DNA of 64,000 nt from Lingula anatina (Eukaryota; Animalia; Brachiopoda): positions 8,804,001 through 8,868,000 of the forward strand of contig CM120640.1 in NCBI GenBank assembly GCA_051362555.1, written 5' to 3'. Under the pieces are notes generated by a model. It was not told where the DNA came from and did no database searches. It was given only the letters and a program-made list of their open reading frames with translations. This document shows positions 56,516 through 64,000 of this stretch, piece after piece (within the stretch, counting starts at the first letter, position 1; every line of letters begins with the position of its first letter). Both the position numbers and the translations under genes were made by a program.

Positions 56516-57298
56516 CTAAAACATAGCTCTGTCTTTTACCTGTTATACAGGAAGCATACGTGGCGTAGGTGGGGTTAAATGATTTATTGATTAAAGATAA
56601 ACATCCACATGGGTAGATGAAAATGTACAGTAGAAATAGTTAAAAAAAAGTATACTTTTATGCAATGACGTAATAAGGTCGCATTCACTATGTTCACCTG
56701 AAACTCGGGCTAACTGATCCGCGGATCAAATATGGCCGACCCACTACCGATATATTTTGCAGTGATTCAGACATGGTAAATTATACATAACGTAAGGATT
56801 ATTTATAAATGGTTAAACTGTAACTGTAACTCAAGGGGCTTTGAGTCATGGCTAATACTATGTAACGTATGTTAAACTGATTGCATTCAGCGAGAGTCCC
56901 CGCGTAGTTTAATCGATCTACGTAGACCGATAGTTTCAATAAAAAAATGAAACCCCGGTCACCACTTATTATTAAAGATTCAGTGAAAGCTTTCGTTAAA
57001 AAAATATTTGAACAGCATATCAGCTAAACTAATTGATAGCTTAAAACGAGATTTTCTGCACTGCGTGACACCATACAAGACTAGAAATCGTAAGGATGAA
57101 CAATGAGATGATAGGGGGAAACTCTATCATGTGTGGCAGAGACTTTAGAAAGCAATATAAAATTGACACGCAAATCTTGTAGAAATGGTACTTTAGTGCA
57201 ATAGATTGCAATTCGACAAAACCTAAGAGAAAACAACCAGGAATATTTCCGTAAATAAATTTGTCGGCTTTAGTTCGTTGTCGCACCACAATCGCTAG

Positions 57299-60200
57299 TA
57301 GTCCAGGAAATTGGTGAAAAATTGTGCATTTTTTACCTACAAGCATGAAATTTGGCACACTTATGGACAATGAAATTCTAAGCAAATTTGGATATATGGG
57401 CATGTCTGAAAATTCTAAAATGGCCGTCAAATCCAATATGGCCACCAAAATACCCTTTCAAATTAAAACTTCAAGTACATAATCTTCTAATGACTTAAAA
57501 TATCATATAAAGGTTAGAAAACACCATGGTATGAATCCTTCAGGTGTATTAAATCCAAAATGGCCGCCAAAATTAAAAAAAGCAGACCGTTTATTTAAGA
57601 TATCCATTTGAATGGGGAATTCATCAAGCACTTAAAACTACAAGCATAAAATTTGGCAGGTTTGTGGAAAATGAAATTCTGAGCGAGTTTGGATGTATAC
57701 TCATATCTGAAAATTTAAAAATTGCCTTCAAATCCAAGATGGCCTCCAAAAATACGACTTCTAATTAAAACTTCAAGTATATAGTCTTTTAAGGGCGTAA
57801 ATATCATACAAAGGTTAAAAAAAACACCACGGTATGAATTCAGAATCAATATTTGCTTTTTTAGGTGTATTAAATCCAAAATGGCCGACAATAGTAAAAA
57901 GCACTCTACTAGTCCAAGATATCCAGCAGAGTGGTTAATTCATCAAAAACTACAAGCATGGCATTTGGTACAGTTGTAAAACAGGATTCCAAGCACTTTT
58001 GGATGTATGAGCATGTCTAAAAATTTCAATATATGGCCCCCAAATCCAATATAGCCGACACAATTACCCGTTCAAATTAAAACTTCAAGTGTATATAATC
58101 CTATAATAACTTAAGATAACATTTTATGGTTAGACAAGACTATGGTATACATGAAGTATCAATATTTGATTCTTTAAGTGTATAGAAATCCAAAATGGCC
58201 TCCAAAAATAAAAAAACAGGCCACTCACAGCAGCAGTATGGTGAATTCATCATGCACTTAAAACTACAAGCATGAAAATTGGCTCAATTGTACAGAACAG
58301 GATTCTAAACAATTTTTTATATAGGGACATGTCTGAATATTCTAATATGGCCACTAAAACCCTTTTAAAGTAAAAAAAGACTACTATATAATCTGACTGA
58401 CAACAGTCTTTACTCTTTTTTGGTTTTTCACTCCTTTAGTTACATTTAGACCCAAATGACCATAAAAAATGGAACAGGACTCCTTTTGGTCTAGTTGTGA
58501 CACCACATGCAGCAATTCTATAAATGTCAAGGATATGAAAATGTCAAGGTATTTTCACAAATAAGTTTCAAATTAACAAAAGTTATTTTATCAAGTAAGT
58601 GTTGCACATTTTATGGGCGGTCAACCTTTTACTTTAGCAAATAGACAATATCTCAACAGAGGAGAACAGCTAGCTACACCGAAATTTCTACTTATTTGGT
58701 TAAATAATTTTCATTCATTAATGTGTGCCTAGCTTTACTAGTAGTTGTGTTTCCCTCAGCTTTCCCAGTATTTCCTTAAAGCTATAGCTTCTACATGTAA
58801 TCCACTTTCCCCAACAAAATACCAAGATGCATTGGTCGTTTTTAACACAAGAAAGCATCAGTTTACATGCATGAGGGTCAATAGGAATACGAAAGTGTGG
58901 TAGGGCATAGTATTAGATGTAGGTTACTAGTGTGAACCCTTATAAGACCAGTCTTCCAATGCTTCTGACCACAGTTAGCAACTGCACACATAACTACAAA
59001 CAGATATGGTAGGAGCTACCTGGTAGATTTTGTTAGCTGGGTAAGTGAATACTCCTCATGGCTTCATTCTGGATTGTCCCACAAAGACAATAATGCCGGA
59101 AATCTCATGAATTTTTACCTTTCAAAGTCCATATTGCACTAATTTCTTGGTGTAATCCTCAGAATACACTATTTTTTGAAGTTTTGTATGTATTAACTGT
59201 CTGGAGGATTTTAATTCTTTTATTTTCATGTTCAGTTTTTTGAAAGTATAAGTTTGTAACTAAACAAGTTGCCAAATGATCAAATGAAAACCAAAGTTTG
59301 GCGCCTATCAGTGCTTCTTTTTTAGTGCACAAAGTGTGAAGCCTCCAATGCAACTCTAGGATACAGCACGTATCAACACCTGCCCTCTGTTTGGGGTACA
59401 GGTATTTCTTTGCTCATAAATTTTCACTAAATTCTCGGTAGCCATTACTGCGAATGCACTAAAGCCAATTTTTTTAAAATAAGAAGCTTTTCTAATTTAC
59501 TTTTGAAGCACAAGATAACATCATAACATTATCGAGTGCAAATGTGCCTTGCTTTTAGTACTTTACCAATGAAAAACACCAAATTGTGAGACCTGTATGT
59601 TTGATTAGCTGTCATTTTTGTTATATTTATGAGCATTTGATGAAGCGCCATGCACTGATCTAGCTGAAGAATCATAACCAACAGACAAAATTGGTACAGC
59701 CCAAGTTTTTTATATTTGCCTCTTTAAGGCTTAGTTATTCTGGTGTTTCTTTCACATTTTATGGATTTTGCACGATACTTTTTTTCTTAGAAAGGGGGAG
59801 TCACTCATGAGTGCCATATAAGAAGATTGCTAACTGGGAATTGATCTAAATGAGAATCCAGAGCAAAAAGTCAAAGTACTTATGTTGGTTTATCAAAAGA
59901 AGGACTGTTTTCAGTACATAATAAATGTATCATGCTTGATGGTTTTTTAAAAACTCTGTAGAATTGCTCCTGCACAGGTAGGAATATGCTGATTATACAG
60001 GTAGTTTGCAAAGCCCACATGCCTATTCACGAGTTATTACAATTCAATAGTTGTGGTCTGCTGACTTTTGGAGGCCATTTTGGAATTTTAAAACCTTAAG
60101 TGGCAAATACTGATACTTCATATATACAATGGTATTTTCTTACCGTTAAATGATATTTTTATGAAAGACTATACAAATAACTTTCACCTTGAAAGGGTAT

Positions 60201-60683
60201 TTTGGGGGCAATATTGAAATTGGCTGCCATATTGGAATTTTCAGACATGCCCCTATATCCAACGTTGCTTAGAATCATGTTCTACATAACTGTGCCAATT
60301 GTTATGCTTGTAATTGTAAGTGCTTGATGATTTTACAAAACTGCTGCATATTTTGCGTAAGTAAACTGCTTATTTTACTTTTGGAGGCCATTTTGGAATT
60401 GTATACACCTGTAGAAGCGGATATTGATAATTCATTCATAGCATGATATTTTCCAGCTATAAAATGATATTTTAAACCATTTTGGGACTATATATTAAAT
60501 TTTTTTATTTAAAAGAGTATTTGTGGCGGCCATATTGGATTTGGCGGCCATACTGGAATTTTCAGACATGCCCATATATCCAAAAAAGCTTAGAATTCCA
60601 TTATCTACAACTGTGGCAAATTTCATGCTTGTAGGTAAAAAACGCACAATTCACCATTTTTTCTGCACCAATTTCTTGGACTA
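57299..60683. mobile_element. 3.4-kb long-TIR DNA transposon derivative, Academ-like
   Basis: Termini TAGTCCAGGAAATTGGTG / CACCAATTTCTTGGACTA; 3-bp TSD TAG. TIRs are built from ~300-320-bp subrepeats (4 left, 2 right). No intact ORF. Confidence 0.75.
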
Positions 60684-62565
60684 TAGTATGCCAGTATTTT
60701 GATCCACTCTCCTCTAAATACCGTGATCATCACTTGCTTTTATGCTACATGTAAGTTGCGATGTTAGCACAGTTTATGTAACGACGCGTGTTTTAGGTGA
60801 ACGTTATATAAACAGGGTAATTGGTCTTTAATATGGCCCATGTGCCTATTTCTCCATGGTGAAATGTCCTCACTGGAGACAAATTAATCGATTAAAGGAG
60901 TACATTGAGCTTTTGAAACCTATTGGGTATGTGTATAAACATACTGGTATGTCGTAACTATTAGTGATAATAAAGGGGCGAAAGGTGTGGTGCTCTAGGT
61001 ACACTGGTGCTTTCTTCAAACCAAGCATCATGGTCGTTACTTGATATGGCAATGGGTCTGTGCGCTTTTTTTTCATCTTTTAAATGTTTTAAAATACATT
61101 TTGACATTTTGGAGGTTTTGTTGCCTATCTTTCACAGCAGTACTTATCATATCCCAAGCATGTTCTATCACACTGAGGTTTAACGAATATGAAAACTACA
61201 CCATTGGTCGAAAAGGTTGACCTCCCACCATTTCCATGTGCTTTCATTTACAAATGATCACCACACAGGTGTGACTTGTTACAAACAGTGTTTTTTTATT
61301 CCAGATACCACATCAAACATTATTAATGGTACAGAAAATACAAAATATAGGTTAAGATATTATCCATATTTTATACCATTTGACGAGAGAGGCCTTGACG
61401 CCATTTTGCTACCACCCTGGATACTGTAATCAGGAACATGAAAGTGAAGAAAGTGAAGGAAGTGAAGAAATATAATAAAATTACAAAGAGGGGCATCTTG
61501 TTGGTCTTACATCCTGTTTCTTTGGGATAGAAATAAAGTCCCAATATCAATGCGTGCCGTCTCCTTCAGTTCCAACCCTCCACATATGCACGTGTGATTA
61601 TCGGACATTTTGATATTAAAAGGTTGATCCTCATTGGGTCTGAAACTCCGGCCAACTAAAAAACGATCGTGTTTGAATTGAAAAAAGAAAAAAAAGGCAT
61701 TTTGCGAGGCTGAATTGAGGATTTGGCGCTAGGCAAGTGGCCTCTCCTTAGCCTGGCTTAGTCTTTTCTGTACAAAGATATAAACATGTAGTTCTCACGC
61801 TCAGGGGTGTTATCAGATGCGGCAAATTATCATAATTGTTGTTTAGTTCCAGTAATCTTCGCCAGATTGTTTCGCCAGAAGAGTCTTAGATACCGGTAGC
61901 TCTTGTTATCAGTTCCCTGAATCTTGTCTTGTAGATCGGTTTTACCAGTAATGACAAACGTGAGCAATTCTTCGTCTAACCAATCTCTATGTAGATGACT
62001 TGTCTAACTAAGTGACAGATCATTCAAGTCATCGTACCGGACGTATAAGCACAAGGTAAGCTAATGTGCATTATTCAGGGCATTGTTTTTGTTTGAAGCT
62101 TCGTTTATAATGATTAAAAAAACATTGGGTTGTCAGTAGTGCTTTTTGAGGTGCGTCATTTCTTATTTGGGTAATAATGAAATCGTTTCTAGTTCCGTGA
62201 TTAAACTAACAGAGTCAATAGATTTATGCACTTTACAGGGAAGATTATTTTCCTATTTTATTTGCTTGTCAAAATGCTTTTGCAACATTTTTTATGCGTA
62301 AGAAACACGGTATGACTAGGACATTTTGTTCAGAAAGTCGTGCTCAGGCTGTTCTAGGAGAGGTCTGACAGATTGTTGGATACATTGAAAAGTTCCTGGA
62401 ATACATTGTCCTATGTTCGTGAAAGTAAATGAAAGTTATTCGTTTCCAAATGTCGAGTTGTTTAAATCGTATAAATAGTTCAGAAAATGTAACTTAGAAT
62501 CATTGAAGATAACGCATAAAATAGCCGACAACCTGGGCCTCATGCCATATGTGGACTGAAGATTT

Positions 62566-62874
62566 CAGGGGCAGATCCAGGATTATTTGAAGGGGGGTCC
62601 GCGGATGCAGAGCGCCCCCCCCCCCCCACACACACACACACACACATCCCACCCTTGGTGGAGGGCCCGGTGAAGTGCCCCGAATTTTTTTTTGGTATTT
62701 TATAGACGAAGAGTGCCATTTGGTAGGCTACTGTTTAGAAGTATGATTCAGCTAGTCAAAATTCTAATTTCAAGAGGGGACCATTGGTGTGATTTTTTTC
62801 AGAAATCGATAGGGGGCATGACCCCCCTGACCCCCCCCCCCCCCCCCCCCCCCCCCCCTCTAAATACGCCACTG
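62566..62874. mobile_element. Poly-C CAG..CTG MITE with 5-bp TSD
   Basis: CAGGGGCAGATCCAG..CTAAATACGCCACTG; TSD GATTT. Confidence 0.85.
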
Positions 62875-64000
62875 GATTTGATTGAACATGCAACCCTGTA
62901 AAGTACAACACATCTTCAACACTCTACCTACACAGACATACAAGTGGCGCCCCTGGTGTCGAATTTGGGTGAAGTGTTGGCATTAGAATGAATGGGTACC
63001 GTGATTTATGCAAGCTGTCCAACAGAAATACCGACTGATCTTGGCCCGGTAAGATGGTTTTATCAAGGGGTAAGGGAAGGATGGATAGCTAGCCCGTTGA
63101 TGGTTTGTTTGGATGGTGGTTTGATTTCTTGGATGTGGCCTAAATAGGATATCATCATTATCAGGTTCAAGTGCTGTTACTAGTTATCGTGCAGGGTCTG
63201 CTACATGTAGGTCCGTACGTACACAGTACAGCAAGCAGATAATATTTTTATTGCTGTAATATTAGTAAGTACAGTCTAAAGATATACGGCCCAGTGCCAC
63301 AAATAATTAAATTGCTTACATTGTAGTTGTGGTTTGCACAGCAAAACTTTCGTAGGGCCTATATAAGATAATAAATGTAAAAGTAAGGGGAGGGGATTAA
63401 TTATGAAGGGGGCTGAGGAAGGACAATTTAGATGATTGATAAGATAGTGTTAATTATTACATCCCACTTGAAACTTCATTCTTAATTTAGGTGAAGTAAA
63501 TACTGGCAGTCTCAGGTAAAAGATATACATACCATATATAATGCCATAGAATATGAGCAAGCTTGGACCTATTTAGGTCCAAGGAGCAAGTAAGAGATAT
63601 ACATACCATACATGATACCATAGAATATGATAAAAGATCAAACGGGCTTGTGAAAATGAACATTATAACATTCATTATCTTTTGGAGAGTATAAGTGCCC
63701 CCCCCCCCCTCCTCACACGCACCATATTTGACATGGCAGTTTATTAATTAGGCCACATGCCCCCCTCCCCCAACTTCACATGTATACCCTTTTCCCTCCT
63801 AGTGTAACACAGAGATGATATTTTTCCGAATAATGGTGGATTTCTGAATTTTTGGGAGTCTAAAATATTGGCCCACTAGCACTAATAGGTGGCCCCTAAG
63901 ACCCCACAGCATACATGTATATTTTGACTTTTTCACTATATAAATGGCCGTCCTCATCCCTGGTATCCATAATAAATAGTAGAAGGAGTAAAATCCTTGA

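Noticed and set aside
57041-57448. 135-aa minus-strand ORF as a transposase or upstream channel exon
   Set aside because: It straddles the TIR boundary of the Academ-like element and has no catalytic or channel motifs.
60700-64000. Search for a further gene or RNA gene at the window end
   Set aside because: Only short motif-less ORFs and one MITE; no tRNA or rRNA structure or supportable exon was seen.

Overview
This is AT-rich, intron-containing animal genomic DNA, probably a marine invertebrate bilaterian (inference); the ORF track mostly shows exon fragments. By reading GT-AG boundaries and exon phases by hand I reconstruct five spliced genes whose exon lengths keep the reading frame: (1) a 5'-truncated mosaic trypsin-family protease (+, 13-9932; CUB-TSP1-CUB-TSP1x7-CUB-LDLa-TSP1-CUB-LDLa-Tryp); (2) its tandem paralog, complete (+, 11317-28475; SP-CUBx3-TSP1x3-CUB-LDLa-TSP1x2-CUB-LDLa-Tryp, ~1281 aa); (3) a CARD-NACHT NLR-like gene without recognisable LRRs (+, 29674-39902, ~832 aa); (4) a CD34/podocalyxin-like type I membrane mucin (+, 43066-47874, ~459 aa); (5) a DEG/ENaC channel (-, 50937-~56515). 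Introns and intergenic DNA carry many non-autonomous DNA transposons. These include CAG...CTG elements with 5-bp TSDs, a hAT-type element with an 8-bp TSD, Tourist-like hairpin MITEs, a Helitron-like element holding a 146-bp array, and an Academ-like 3.4-kb element. The most notable signals are the contrasting zymogen activation sites of the two linked proteases (Ala-IVGG vs Arg-IVGG), the LRR-less NLR with an altered Walker B, 25-28 bp palindromic micro-insertions with 7-bp TSDs and a visible empty site, and a 15-nt microexon. No database searches were run; all family assignments come from motif recognition.
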